Source of the DNA: Tagaea sp. | Lineage (GTDB): Bacteria > Pseudomonadota > Alphaproteobacteria > CACIAM-22H2 | NCBI GenBank assembly: GCA_965279525.1 | Contig: CBDIIB010000005.1 | Coordinates: 128,001-192,000, forward strand | DNA: 64,000 bases | Direction of reading: 5' to 3' | Shown here: one piece after another, positions 47,418 through 57,361 of the stretch | How positions within the stretch are numbered: position 1 is the stretch's first letter | Layout: each line of letters opens with the position of its first letter | Program-made: the position numbers and the translations under genes | The notes under the pieces: generated by a model | What the model was told of the DNA's origin: nothing | The model's database searches: none | The model's input: only the letters and a program-made list of their open reading frames with translations

Positions 47418-48191
47418 TCAGCCGTCCAGCACGATGGCCGACAGGCCGCGCCCGTAGTCGGGTTCGCTTCGAAGGCAGCTGCGCCGGTAGCTGAAGAACC
47501 GGTCCGGCTCGCCGCACGTGTCGTTGGGAAGCGAATGGATCTGGCGCAGGCCCGCCAGGCGCAGGCGCCCGCCGGCATAGCCGCGCAGGTCGAACATCCA
47601 GCGCCCGTCGTTGCGCGAGGGCGCGAAGTAGCGCGCGTTGTTCTCGTCCTCGGCGAGGAACGGGGCCGGAAACTCGGGGCCGACCTCGTAGGAGCGCTGC
47701 GCGATGCATGGGCCAATCCCGGCATGGACGCGCGTGCGCTCGGCACCCAATGCTGCCATCGCGTCGAGCGTGGTTTCGAGCACGCCGCCGATGGCGCCCT
47801 TCCAGCCCGCATGCGCTGCCCCGATCACGCCTGCCTTGGGATCGCAGAACAGCACCGGCACGCAGTCGGCCGTCAGGATGCCGAGCACCACGCCGGGCGT
47901 CTTCGTCACGAAGGCATCGGCCTTCGGGCGCTCGGCGTCGGGCAGCGGTGCTTCCAGCGTCACGACCGCGCGGCCATGGACCTGGTAGAGCGTGGAGAGG
48001 CTTTCCGCCGGCATGTCGATCGATTCCATCGCCAGCGCCCGGTTCCGGCGGACCGCCCCGGCGTCGTCGCCCGAACCGAGGCCGCAATTGAGCGACGAAT
48101 AGAGCCCCGTGCTGACGCCGCCCTGGCGCGTGAAGAAGGCATGGCGCATGCCGTCGAGATCGTTGAGCGGGCCGAGCGTGACGAGCGACAT
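47418..48191 (-). CDS. pgeF: Peptidoglycan editing factor PgeF/YfiH (laccase-like domain, purine nucleoside phosphorylase)
   Basis: 'HAFFTRQGGVS', 'QVHG', 'TADCVPVL', 'AHAGWKG', 'IGPCI', 'FFSYRR'. Confidence 0.92.
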   Translation of the reverse strand: MSLVTLGPLNDLDGMRHAFFTRQGGVSTGLYSSLNCGLGSGDDAGAVRRNRALAMESIDMPAESLSTLYQVHGRAVVTLEAPLPDAERPKADAFVTKTPGVVLGILTADCVPVLFCDPKAGVIGAAHAGWKGAIGGVLETTLDAMAALGAERTRVHAGIGPCIAQRSYEVGPEFPAPFLAEDENNARYFAPSRNDGRWMFDLRGYAGGRLRLAGLRQIHSLPNDTCGEPDRFFSYRRSCLRSEPDYGRGLSAIVLDG

Positions 48192-48196
48192 CGAGT

Positions 48197-49282
48197 TCAA
48201 CCTTCGAAGCCGGGCGGTGCCCCGGCAGCGGCCGGCGCCTGGAGCGCCACGACCTTGAACAAGGTGCCCATTTCGCGTTCGTCGAGCAAGCGCCGGCTCG
48301 CGTCGGCAATGTTGCGCGCCGTGCGCGGATCGGCATTGCGTGCAAGCACGGCAAGCCGCGCATGGATTCCGATGCGGCGCAGGAAATCGCCCTGCCCGAC
48401 CGGCCCGAAGGCGGCGACACCCACTGCGCGAGCGGCGTCGGCGAGGCGCGGGAAATCCACATGCGCCGTGAGATCGCATTCGCCGGGTGTGTCGAACACG
48501 CCCGCCTTCGCGTGCCGGCGCACGGCCTGCAGCGTGTCGCCCCAGCCCGAACGTGCGGTGCCGTAGTCGACGAACAGCGCGGCCCCGCCGGTCTTCGCGA
48601 GCCGGCGTGCGATGGCGGCCGCGATGTCGAGGGCCGCCGGGCAGACCTCGACCACGGCGCCGTCGGGCGCGTCGGCGATCTGGGTCTGCGAAAGTGGCGG
48701 TGCTGCGGCCACATCGCCGTCAGCGAACGCGAAAGCACCGGCTTCAAGCGTGACGACGCGCTCGCGCCATGTCGATCCGCGGCGCACGAACTGGCGCACC
48801 GGCAACGCGTCGAAGAATTCGTTGGCGACGAGGAAGATCGGCGCATCATCCGGCACGTCGTCGAACGAGGCGTGGAAGACCGGTTCCGCGCGCGCCAGCC
48901 GCTCGCCCTGCACGGCGCGCAAGGTGCGCGAGATTTCCACCAGATGCAGCTTCGCCGCCGACGCGAACGCGGGCAGCGCCCTGGCGGTCGCACGCAGCGC
49001 ATCGTCCATCAGCGTGCCGCGCCCCGGGCCGAGCTCGACGAGGTTTGCGTGCGCGGGTGCTCCCAGCATCTGCCAGCGTTCGGCCAGCCACAGGCCGAGC
49101 ATTTCGCCGAAGGCCTGCGAGATTTCCGGAGCCGTCGTGAAATCGCCTTCGGCCCCCAGCGGCACACCGTCGCGGTAGTAGCCGTGCTCGGGATCGGCAA
49201 GGCAGGCTTGCATGTAATCGTGGACCGTCATCGGTCCGGCCGAGGCGATGCGCGCCGCAAGACGCGGCCCCAGTCCGCTCAC
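48197..49282 (-). CDS. MidA/NDUFAF7-family SAM-dependent methyltransferase
   Basis: 'GYY....LG..GDFTTAPEISQ.FGE', 'ELGPGRGTL', 'ANEFFDALP', 'DLTAHVDF', 'MGTLFKV'. Confidence 0.92.
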   Translation of the reverse strand: MSGLGPRLAARIASAGPMTVHDYMQACLADPEHGYYRDGVPLGAEGDFTTAPEISQAFGEMLGLWLAERWQMLGAPAHANLVELGPGRGTLMDDALRATARALPAFASAAKLHLVEISRTLRAVQGERLARAEPVFHASFDDVPDDAPIFLVANEFFDALPVRQFVRRGSTWRERVVTLEAGAFAFADGDVAAAPPLSQTQIADAPDGAVVEVCPAALDIAAAIARRLAKTGGAALFVDYGTARSGWGDTLQAVRRHAKAGVFDTPGECDLTAHVDFPRLADAARAVGVAAFGPVGQGDFLRRIGIHARLAVLARNADPRTARNIADASRRLLDEREMGTLFKVVALQAPAAAGAPPGFEG

Positions 49283-50070
49283 GCGCGGCCCTTCGACGTG
49301 ACGACGAGCCACAGGCCGGCCGCGATCATCGGCAGCGACAGCAGCATGCCCATCGTCAGCGGCCCGAGCAGATAGCCCAGATGCGCGTCCGGCTCGCGGA
49401 ACAGCTCGCCCACGCAGCGCGCAAGCCCGTAGCCCGCGAGGAAAACGCCGGCAAGCATGCCGGGCCGGTCGCAGACCCGCGGATTGCGCGCCAGCACGAA
49501 CAGCAGCGCGAACAACGCCAGCCCCTCGAGGCCCGCCTGATAGATCTGGCTCGGGTGACGCGCGACCGGGCCGCCATGCGGGAACACCATCGCCCACGCG
49601 ACGTCCGGGGCTTCGCGCCCGAACAGCTCGCCGTTGATGAAGTTGGCCACGCGCCCGAAGAACAGTCCGATCGGCACGACGCAGGTGACCATGTCGCCGA
49701 TGCGGTAGAGCGGCAGGTCGTTGCGCCTGGCGAACAGCACGATCGCCAGGATCACGCCGAGCATGCCGCCATGGAAGCTCATGCCGCCGCGCCACAGCAT
49801 CAGCGCTTCGAGCGGCTCGGACAGGTAATAGAGCGGCTTGTAGAACAGCACGTAGCCGAGCCGCCCGCCCAGGATGATGCCGACCGTCACCCAGACGACG
49901 AAATCGTCGAGCTGCTCGCGCCCCATGGCGCGCAGCCGGCCGGCGTTGAGATATGCGGCATAGCGCCAGCCGCCGACGATGCCCGCGATGTAGGCGAGCG
50001 CGTACCAGCGGATCGCGATCGGGCCGATCTCGAAGGCGATGGGATCGATGGCGGGGAACGAAAGCGCCAT
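49279..50070 (-). CDS. lgt: Prolipoprotein diacylglyceryl transferase
   Basis: 'IRWYAL.Y', 'GGRLGY', 'GGMSFHGG', 'GR.ANFINGEL.GR', 'RHPSQIY'. Confidence 0.97.
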   Translation of the reverse strand: MALSFPAIDPIAFEIGPIAIRWYALAYIAGIVGGWRYAAYLNAGRLRAMGREQLDDFVVWVTVGIILGGRLGYVLFYKPLYYLSEPLEALMLWRGGMSFHGGMLGVILAIVLFARRNDLPLYRIGDMVTCVVPIGLFFGRVANFINGELFGREAPDVAWAMVFPHGGPVARHPSQIYQAGLEGLALFALLFVLARNPRVCDRPGMLAGVFLAGYGLARCVGELFREPDAHLGYLLGPLTMGMLLSLPMIAAGLWLVVTSKGRA

Positions 50071-51060
50071 CTAGACGTACGGATCGTCGGTGGCGAGATG
50101 GTCGCGCACGTAGCGGCGCACGCCCTCTTCCAGATCGGTGAAGGGCTTGGCGTAGCCCGCCGCGCGCAGGCGGCCGGTGTCGGCTTGCGTGAAGTACTGG
50201 TACTTGTCGCGGATCGCCTCGGGCGTGTCGCGCCACGCGATGTTGGCGTTCTTGCCCAGCGTGCCGTAGACGGCGGTGGCAAGATCGAGGAACGAGCGCG
50301 CCTTGCCTGTGCCGAGGTTGAACAGGCCCGAGACCTGCGGGTTGGCGCGGAACCACAGCATCGCGTCGACCACGTCGCCGACCCAGATGAAGTCGCGCGT
50401 CTGCCCGCCGTCGGGCACGTCCTTGCGGTGCGAGCGGAACAGCGGGAACGCCTCGCCCTTCGCGGCCGCCGGGAAGATCTGGTGCACGACCGAGCGCTGT
50501 GCGCCCTTGTGGTATTCGTTGGGTCCGTAGACGTTGAAGAACTTGAGGCCGACATGCTGGCGCGGGCGCCGCGTCTTGCGGTCCTTGAGCGTCGCCGCGA
50601 TGCGCCGGTCGACGAGCAGCTTCGACCAGCCATAGGGATTGAGCGGCTGGAGTTTCGCCAGCGCTTCGGGTGCCGGATCGTCGACGAAGCCGTGCTCGCC
50701 GCCGCCATATGTGGCTGCCGACGACGCATAGACCAGCGGCACGCCCGCTTCGGCGCACCAGTCCCACAGGTCGAGCGTGAGGCGCACGTTGCTGCGTACG
50801 ATCGCGTCGACGTCGGTCGCGGTCGTGTCGGAGATGGCGCCCATGTGGAACACCGCCTCGACCTTGCCCTTGCGGCCGGCGAGAAAGGCGAACAGGTCTT
50901 CCGGGCGCACCACGTCGTCGAGCCGGCGCTTGGCGATGTTGCGCCACTTGTCGCCGCCGCCCAGCCAGTCGACGCACACGAGCGACGACGCGCCCTGCGC
51001 TTCCAGCCCCGCCAGGAGATTGGAGCCGATGAACCCTGCCCCGCCGGTGACCACGATCAT
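50071..51060 (-). CDS. hldD: ADP-L-glycero-D-manno-heptose 6-epimerase
   Basis: 'VTGGAGFIGSN', 'YASSAATYG', 'PLNPYGWSK', 'FNVYGPNEYHKG', 'KYQYFTQAD'. Confidence 0.95.
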   Translation of the reverse strand: MIVVTGGAGFIGSNLLAGLEAQGASSLVCVDWLGGGDKWRNIAKRRLDDVVRPEDLFAFLAGRKGKVEAVFHMGAISDTTATDVDAIVRSNVRLTLDLWDWCAEAGVPLVYASSAATYGGGEHGFVDDPAPEALAKLQPLNPYGWSKLLVDRRIAATLKDRKTRRPRQHVGLKFFNVYGPNEYHKGAQRSVVHQIFPAAAKGEAFPLFRSHRKDVPDGGQTRDFIWVGDVVDAMLWFRANPQVSGLFNLGTGKARSFLDLATAVYGTLGKNANIAWRDTPEAIRDKYQYFTQADTGRLRAAGYAKPFTDLEEGVRRYVRDHLATDDPYV

Positions 51061-51149
51061 GGAACGACCCGCTCGCGAAATGCAGTGCGGTTATAGGCGC
51101 TGGCCTCCGGAACTTGCAACTCGACGGCCCCCGCCGCCATAATGCCGGC

Positions 51150-51422
51150 ATGCAGACCGACAACCGCATCCTCGACGACCTTTCGCGCGCCGCGACCGGT
51201 GCCATGTCCGCCCTTGGTGCTGTCCGCCAGGAGGTCGAGGCACAGGCCCGCCTCGTGGTCGAGCGCTGGCTGCAGACGCAGAACCTCGTCGCGCGCGACG
51301 AGTTCGAGGCCGTGCGCGAGATGGCGGCCAATGCCCGCATCGAGAATGAACGCCTTGCCGAACGCCTTGCGGCGGTCGAGGCCGAACTCAAGATGTTGAA
51401 GAGTCCGCAGCAAGCCGGCTGA
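51150..51422 (+). CDS. UbiK/BMFP-family accessory factor
   Basis: 'NRILDDL.R....A', 'LVARDEFEAVREMA..AR.ENE.L..RL..VE'. Confidence 0.85.
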   Translation: MQTDNRILDDLSRAATGAMSALGAVRQEVEAQARLVVERWLQTQNLVARDEFEAVREMAANARIENERLAERLAAVEAELKMLKSPQQAG

Positions 51423-51629
51423 CCCCGCATTTGGCGGTCGCAAGCGGTATTCGGGAGTCGCGACCGCATAATCTTGGGGATGGTTGCGAAATTTCATTGC
51501 CCGCTTGACTCGCCTTTGGCACCCTATAGCTAGTGGTTCCGCGTCGAGTCGCACCCAGCATCTTCCCTGATGGGGTCGGCTGGCGGGGAGCCCGCAAGAC
51601 GAATTTGCGTCAGTAGGAGGCCCCAGGGC

Positions 51630-52136
51630 ATGGCCGACGTCTCGGTACACCAGACTTCCGAAGCCGCCGCAAATCCTCTCGACATCATCGAAGAAATCGT
51701 CACCGCCAACGAGTGGCCGTTCGACCGCTCCGCGGAAGAAGAACTGGTCGCCCAGGTTCCGGGACGGTGGTGCGACTATCGGGTCTATTTCGCGTGGAAC
51801 GAGGACATGAGCGCGTTGCACTTCTCGTGCGCGCTCGATCTCAAGCTTCCCCGCCATCGCCGCCAGGTCGTGACCGAACTGCTGATGCTCGCCAACGAGA
51901 AGCTGTGGCTCGGCCATTTCGACCTGTCGGGCGACGACGGCCTGCCGACCTTCCGCCATGCGGTCCCCCTGCGGGGTGCGCGCGGCGCCACGGTCGAGCA
52001 GATCGAAGATCTCGTCGACGTGGCGCTGACCGAGTGCGAGCGCTTCTACCCGGCGTTCCAGTACGTCGTGTGGGGCGGCAAGGACCCGGCCGAAGCGGTC
52101 GCGGCCGCGTGCCTCGAGCCGATGGGCGAAGCCTAG
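51630..52136 (+). CDS. YbjN domain protein
   Basis: AGGAGG RBS; 'NPLDIIE', 'NEKLWLGHFDL', 'CERFYPAFQYVVW.GK', 'GEA'. Confidence 0.88.
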   Translation: MADVSVHQTSEAAANPLDIIEEIVTANEWPFDRSAEEELVAQVPGRWCDYRVYFAWNEDMSALHFSCALDLKLPRHRRQVVTELLMLANEKLWLGHFDLSGDDGLPTFRHAVPLRGARGATVEQIEDLVDVALTECERFYPAFQYVVWGGKDPAEAVAAACLEPMGEA

Positions 52137-52148
52137 GCGACCAAGCAG

Positions 52149-52961
52149 ATGTCGGGAACGAACGTATCGATCCTGCTGGTCGGCTGCGGGAAGATGGGCG
52201 GCGCCATGCTGCAGGGCTGGCGACGCGAACCCGGGCTTGGCCCTTTTGCCGCGGTCGAGCCAGGCGGCGCGCCCGAATTCGAGAACGCCGCCGACGTGAC
52301 CGTCGTGCGCAGCGCCGATGACCTCCCGGCGGGCTTTTCGCCAAGCGTCGTCGTGTTCGCGACCAAGCCGCAGGTCATGGACCAGGTCGCACCGGCCTAT
52401 AAGCGCTTTGCCGCCACCGCGCTTTTCGTGTCGGTCGCGGCCGGCAAGACGATCGCGTATTTCCGCCATCATCTGGGCGCCAGCGCCGCCATCGTGCGCG
52501 CGATGCCCAACACGCCCGCCGCCGTCGGCCGTGGCATCACTGTGGGCTGCCCCACCGCCGACGTGACGCCGGCCCAGCGCGCGGTCGCCGACAAGCTGCT
52601 GCGCTCGGTGGGCGCGGTCGAATGGGTGACCGACGAAGGGCTGATCGACGCCGTGACGGCCGTTTCGGGCTCGGGGCCGGCCTACGTGTTTCTGCTGGCC
52701 GAGGCGATGGCCGCGGCCGGCGCCAAGGCCGGGCTGCCGGCCGACCTTGCCATGCGCCTGGCCCGGGCGACGGTTTCGGGGGCCGGCGAGCTTCTCCGCC
52801 AGGCCCCTGAATCGGCCGAACAATTGCGGAAAAACGTGACTTCCCCGAAGGGTACGACCGCCGCCGCCCTCGAAGTGCTGATGGCGCCGGACGGGTTCGG
52901 GGTGCTGCTGGAAAAGGCAATCGACGCTGCGGCAAAACGCTCGCGTGAGCTTGCCTCCTAG
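52149..52961 (+). CDS. proC: Pyrroline-5-carboxylate reductase
   Basis: 'GCGKMG', 'RAMPNTP', 'TAVSGSGPAY', 'VTSPKGTT'. Confidence 0.96.
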   Translation: MSGTNVSILLVGCGKMGGAMLQGWRREPGLGPFAAVEPGGAPEFENAADVTVVRSADDLPAGFSPSVVVFATKPQVMDQVAPAYKRFAATALFVSVAAGKTIAYFRHHLGASAAIVRAMPNTPAAVGRGITVGCPTADVTPAQRAVADKLLRSVGAVEWVTDEGLIDAVTAVSGSGPAYVFLLAEAMAAAGAKAGLPADLAMRLARATVSGAGELLRQAPESAEQLRKNVTSPKGTTAAALEVLMAPDGFGVLLEKAIDAAAKRSRELAS

Positions 52962-53111
52962 CGGGTAGACAGACCCCCCCGACGCTGTTATTTTCCGCGC
53001 CTTCCTGCGCTCCGGGTCCCGCCCGGCGGTCGCGGGAATTGTGTTTCTAGGCGTCCTTTCAAGACCTTGAGCAGGCCCAACGCGACGGGCAGGCGACGGC
53101 GGAACAGACCG

Positions 53112-54044
<933 letters not shown>

Positions 54045-54121
54045 GGGCAGGAAACCGGAAAGACCGGCGCGCGGCACCCCTGGAGGCCGGCGGCGGAACC
54101 CACGCTAGAGGAGAGAGTACT

Positions 54122-54874
54122 ATGTCGACTTCCAACAAGCTCGCGGCGACCGCGAGAGAGCGGGCTGGGAAAGGGGCCGCCCGCGCCACACGTCGCGACG
54201 GCCGCGTGCCGGGCGTGATCTATGGCGACAAGGCTGCCCCCACGCTGATCTCGCTCGATCCGCGCGACATCATGCGCGAAGCCTCGAAGGCCGGGTTCTT
54301 CACCCGCCTCTACGACATCGAGGTTTCGGGCAAGACGCATCGCGTGCTGCCGCGCGACGTGCAGTTCCACCCGGTGAACGACAAGCCGGAGCACATCGAC
54401 TTCCAGCGCGTGGGTGCCTCCACCCGCGTGCGCGTCGAAGTGCCGATCAAGCTCGAGAACCTCGACAAGTCGCCGGGCGTCAAGCGCGGCGGCGTCGTCA
54501 ATCTCGTGCGCCACGAGATCGAGGTGTGGGCCAATCCGGGCACCATCCCGTCGCGCATCGTGATCGACATGGCCGGTCTCGACATCGGCGATTCGGTGCA
54601 CATCAACGCGATCGCGCTTCCCGAGGGCGTGAAGCCCACGATCGCGCGCAACTTCACGGTCGTGGCGCTGCGCGCCCCGTCGGTGTCGAAGGCGGAAGAA
54701 GAGAAGCCCGCAGCAGACGCGGCAGCCGCAGCGGCTCCCGCCGCAGGCGATGCCAAGGCAGCTCCGGGTGCGGCTCCGGCCGCCGGCGCCAAGGCGGGCG
54801 ATGCCAAGGCTGCGGCTCCGGCCGCGGCGGCAGGTGCCGCCAAGGCCCCTGCCAAGCCGGCCGCCAAGAAGTAA
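54122..54874 (+). CDS. rplY: 50S ribosomal protein L25/Ctc
   Basis: '[20 protein letters not shown]', 'RDVQFHPV....HIDF', 'PGVKRGG'; Ala/Lys-rich tail. Confidence 0.96.
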   Translation: MSTSNKLAATARERAGKGAARATRRDGRVPGVIYGDKAAPTLISLDPRDIMREASKAGFFTRLYDIEVSGKTHRVLPRDVQFHPVNDKPEHIDFQRVGASTRVRVEVPIKLENLDKSPGVKRGGVVNLVRHEIEVWANPGTIPSRIVIDMAGLDIGDSVHINAIALPEGVKPTIARNFTVVALRAPSVSKAEEEKPAADAAAAAAPAAGDAKAAPGAAPAAGAKAGDAKAAAPAAAAGAAKAPAKPAAKK

Positions 54875-54910
54875 GGCGGACGGTCCAGCACGCATTTCGG
54901 GGTCCGGGCC

Positions 54911-55495
54911 ATGAAGCTCCTCGTCGGGCTTGGCAATCCGGGCCCCGAATATGCGGGCAACCGCCACAATGTCGGCTTCCACGCCGTCGACCGCATCGCC
55001 GAACGCTGGCGCTTCGGTCCGTGGAAGAAGCGGCTGGGCGGAATGACGGCCGAGGGCGACATCGTCGGCCATCGCGTCGTTGCGCTGAAGCCGCTCACCT
55101 ACATGAACGAGTCCGGCCGCTCGGTCGGCGAGGCGAGCCGCTTCCTGAAGATCGTGCCGGGTTCGGTCTTCGTGATCCACGATGAGCTCGACCTGCCGCC
55201 GGCGAAGATCCGCACCAAGACGGGCGGCGGCAATGGCGGGCACAACGGGCTGCGCTCGATAGACGCGCACCTCGGCACGAAGGACTATCGCCGCCTGCGC
55301 ATCGGCATCGGTCATCCGGGCGACAAGGACCTCGTGTCGGATTACGTGCTGCATGATTTCGGCAAGGGCGACCGGCAGTGGCTGGCTCCGCTCCTCGACG
55401 CGATCGCCGAATCCTGCGCCATGTTCCTCGACGGGAACGAGGCGGGTTTCATGAACAAGGTCGTGCGCCTGACCGCACCGCCAAAACCGGACTGA
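54911..55495 (+). CDS. pth: Peptidyl-tRNA hydrolase
   Basis: 'VGLGNPG..Y..NRHNVGF', 'KP.TYMNESG', 'HDELD', 'GHNGLRS'. Confidence 0.97.
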   Translation: MKLLVGLGNPGPEYAGNRHNVGFHAVDRIAERWRFGPWKKRLGGMTAEGDIVGHRVVALKPLTYMNESGRSVGEASRFLKIVPGSVFVIHDELDLPPAKIRTKTGGGNGGHNGLRSIDAHLGTKDYRRLRIGIGHPGDKDLVSDYVLHDFGKGDRQWLAPLLDAIAESCAMFLDGNEAGFMNKVVRLTAPPKPD

Positions 55496-55507
55496 AGGAC
55501 GAACGAC

Positions 55508-56608
55508 ATGGGTTTCCGCTGCGGTATCGTCGGCCTGCCGAATGTCGGCAAGTCGACCCTGTTCAACGCGCTGACGGCCACGGCCGCCGCAGCGGCGGCG
55601 AACTATCCGTTCTGCACGATCGAGCCGAACGTGGGCCGCGTGCCGGTTCCCGACGCGCGCCTCGACAAGCTCTCCGAACTCGGCAAGTCGCAACGCACGG
55701 TGCCGACCCAGCTCGAGTTCGTCGACATCGCCGGCCTCGTGCGCGGGGCGTCGAAGGGCGAAGGACTGGGCAACCAGTTCCTCGGCCATATCCGCGAGGT
55801 CGACGCGATCGCACACGTGCTGCGCTGCTTCGAGAACGGCGACATCGTCCACGTGGAGGGCTCGATCGATCCGATCCGCGATGCCGAGACGGTCGAGACC
55901 GAGCTGATGCTTGCCGACATGGACAGCCTCGACAAGCGCCTGCCCAACCTCCAGAAGAAGGCCAAGACCGGCGACAAGGAAGCCAAGGCGCAGATCGAGA
56001 TCATCGAGCCGATCCTTGCCGCGCTGCGCGAAGGCAAGCCCGCGCGCACGTTCGTGCCGGCACCCGAGCAGCGCGAGACGCTGCGCCTTCTCCAGCTCCT
56101 GACCGCCAAGCCCGTCCTCTACGTGTGCAATGTCGAGGAAGAGAGTGCGGACAAGGGCAACTCGCTGTCCGCCAAGGTCGCCGAGATGGCCAAGCGCCAG
56201 GGCGCGCGCTCGGTCGTGATCTCCGCCGCGATCGAGGCGGAAATCTCGCAGCTCGCCTCGGCCGAGGAGCGCGCGGGATTCCTTGAATCGCTGGGCCTCA
56301 AGGAAACCGGCCTCACGCGCGTGATCCGCGCGGGTTACGAACTGCTCGGCCTGATGACGTTCTTCACCGTGGGGCCGAAGGAGGCGCGCGCCTGGACCGT
56401 GCATGCCGGTGCGAAGGCCCCGGAAGCCGCCGGCGTCATCCACACCGATTTCGAGCGCGGCTTCATCGCCGCCGAGACGATCGCCTACGCCGACTATGTG
56501 GCGCTGGGCGGCGAAGCGGGTGCCAAGGAAGCCGGCAAGGCCCGCACCGAAGGCCGCGACTACAAGGTCGCCGACGGCGACGTGTTCCTGTTCCGGTTCA
56601 ATGTTTAA
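55508..56608 (+). CDS. ychF: Redox-regulated ATPase YchF
   Basis: 'GIVGLPNVGKSTLFNA', 'NYPFCTIEPN', 'DIAGLV.GASKGEGLGNQFL', 'FRFNV'. Confidence 0.97.
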   Translation: MGFRCGIVGLPNVGKSTLFNALTATAAAAAANYPFCTIEPNVGRVPVPDARLDKLSELGKSQRTVPTQLEFVDIAGLVRGASKGEGLGNQFLGHIREVDAIAHVLRCFENGDIVHVEGSIDPIRDAETVETELMLADMDSLDKRLPNLQKKAKTGDKEAKAQIEIIEPILAALREGKPARTFVPAPEQRETLRLLQLLTAKPVLYVCNVEEESADKGNSLSAKVAEMAKRQGARSVVISAAIEAEISQLASAEERAGFLESLGLKETGLTRVIRAGYELLGLMTFFTVGPKEARAWTVHAGAKAPEAAGVIHTDFERGFIAAETIAYADYVALGGEAGAKEAGKARTEGRDYKVADGDVFLFRFNV

Positions 56609-56617
56609 GACTGTTCA

Positions 56618-57361
56618 CTAGATGATGTCGGCAACGATGCGCGCGAGGCGTTTGCGCACTTCCTCGGCGATCTGCGCCTGGCTGACATTGCGCCCGCCGG
56701 CATAGACGGCAATGTGGGTGCGCACGAGCTGTCGGAACGGGCGAAGCTCCGTCTCGCGTTCTTCCAGGCGCGGGCTGTCGGAGAAGGTGATCGTGCGCTG
56801 TGTCGTGCCCGAGCGCGTATCGAGGATGCCGACCGATACCTCCGCGACGACGATATAGGTGTCCTTGGTCGCGAACGTGCCGGCGACGGCGCCCAGCGTG
56901 GCGCCGGACAGCAGGCCGATGGCGGTTCCTTGCGACACGCTCGAGGCGCGTCCGGCGACCGCACCCGCCGCCCCGCCCAGGAACGCGAACTCGGTGCTGT
57001 AGTTGACCGAAATCTGGCTCGAACGCAGCACGTTGAGATCGACGCGCACACCGAAATCCTCGCCGTCGGTCGGCTGGAAGCCCTTGCCGGCATAGGAGCC
57101 GCGCAGCTGGCCCGCGAAGGCACCCATGTCGAAGGCCATATCGCCCGACGTGTTGCGCGTGACCACGCGCAGACGCCGGTTGCGGAACTGCGTGGCGTCA
57201 ACGACGAGGCTTTTCTCAACGATCGAGCCATAGGCAAGCCCCGTCGCCGGGTCGACGACGGCACCCTGCGGCGCGCCCGGCGCGCAGGCCGAAAGAGCCA
57301 GCGCGATTGCCGTCGCGATCAGCGGGAGGTGACGACGGTGATGTTCTTCTCGCGCAGCCAT
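56618..57361 (-). CDS. TraT-like outer-membrane lipoprotein (complement resistance/surface exclusion family)
   Basis: Lipobox LSAC; 'RNTSGD', 'KGF', 'NVL', glycine-zipper 'GGAAGAVAG...GATLGAVAG', C-terminal 'LARIVADII' parallel the TraT layout. Confidence 0.7.
   Translation of the reverse strand: MAAREEHHRRHLPLIATAIALALSACAPGAPQGAVVDPATGLAYGSIVEKSLVVDATQFRNRRLRVVTRNTSGDMAFDMGAFAGQLRGSYAGKGFQPTDGEDFGVRVDLNVLRSSQISVNYSTEFAFLGGAAGAVAGRASSVSQGTAIGLLSGATLGAVAGTFATKDTYIVVAEVSVGILDTRSGTTQRTITFSDSPRLEERETELRPFRQLVRTHIAVYAGGRNVSQAQIAEEVRKRLARIVADII

Noticed and set aside
51423-51629. Possible sRNA between the ubiK-like gene and ybjN
   Set aside because: It contains three GANTC sites and a TTGACT element consistent with an ordinary promoter and leader; no convincing extended structure.
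54690-54874. Repetitive GC-rich tract
   Set aside because: It encodes the common Ala/Lys/Pro-rich tail of L25/Ctc and is not a separate element.
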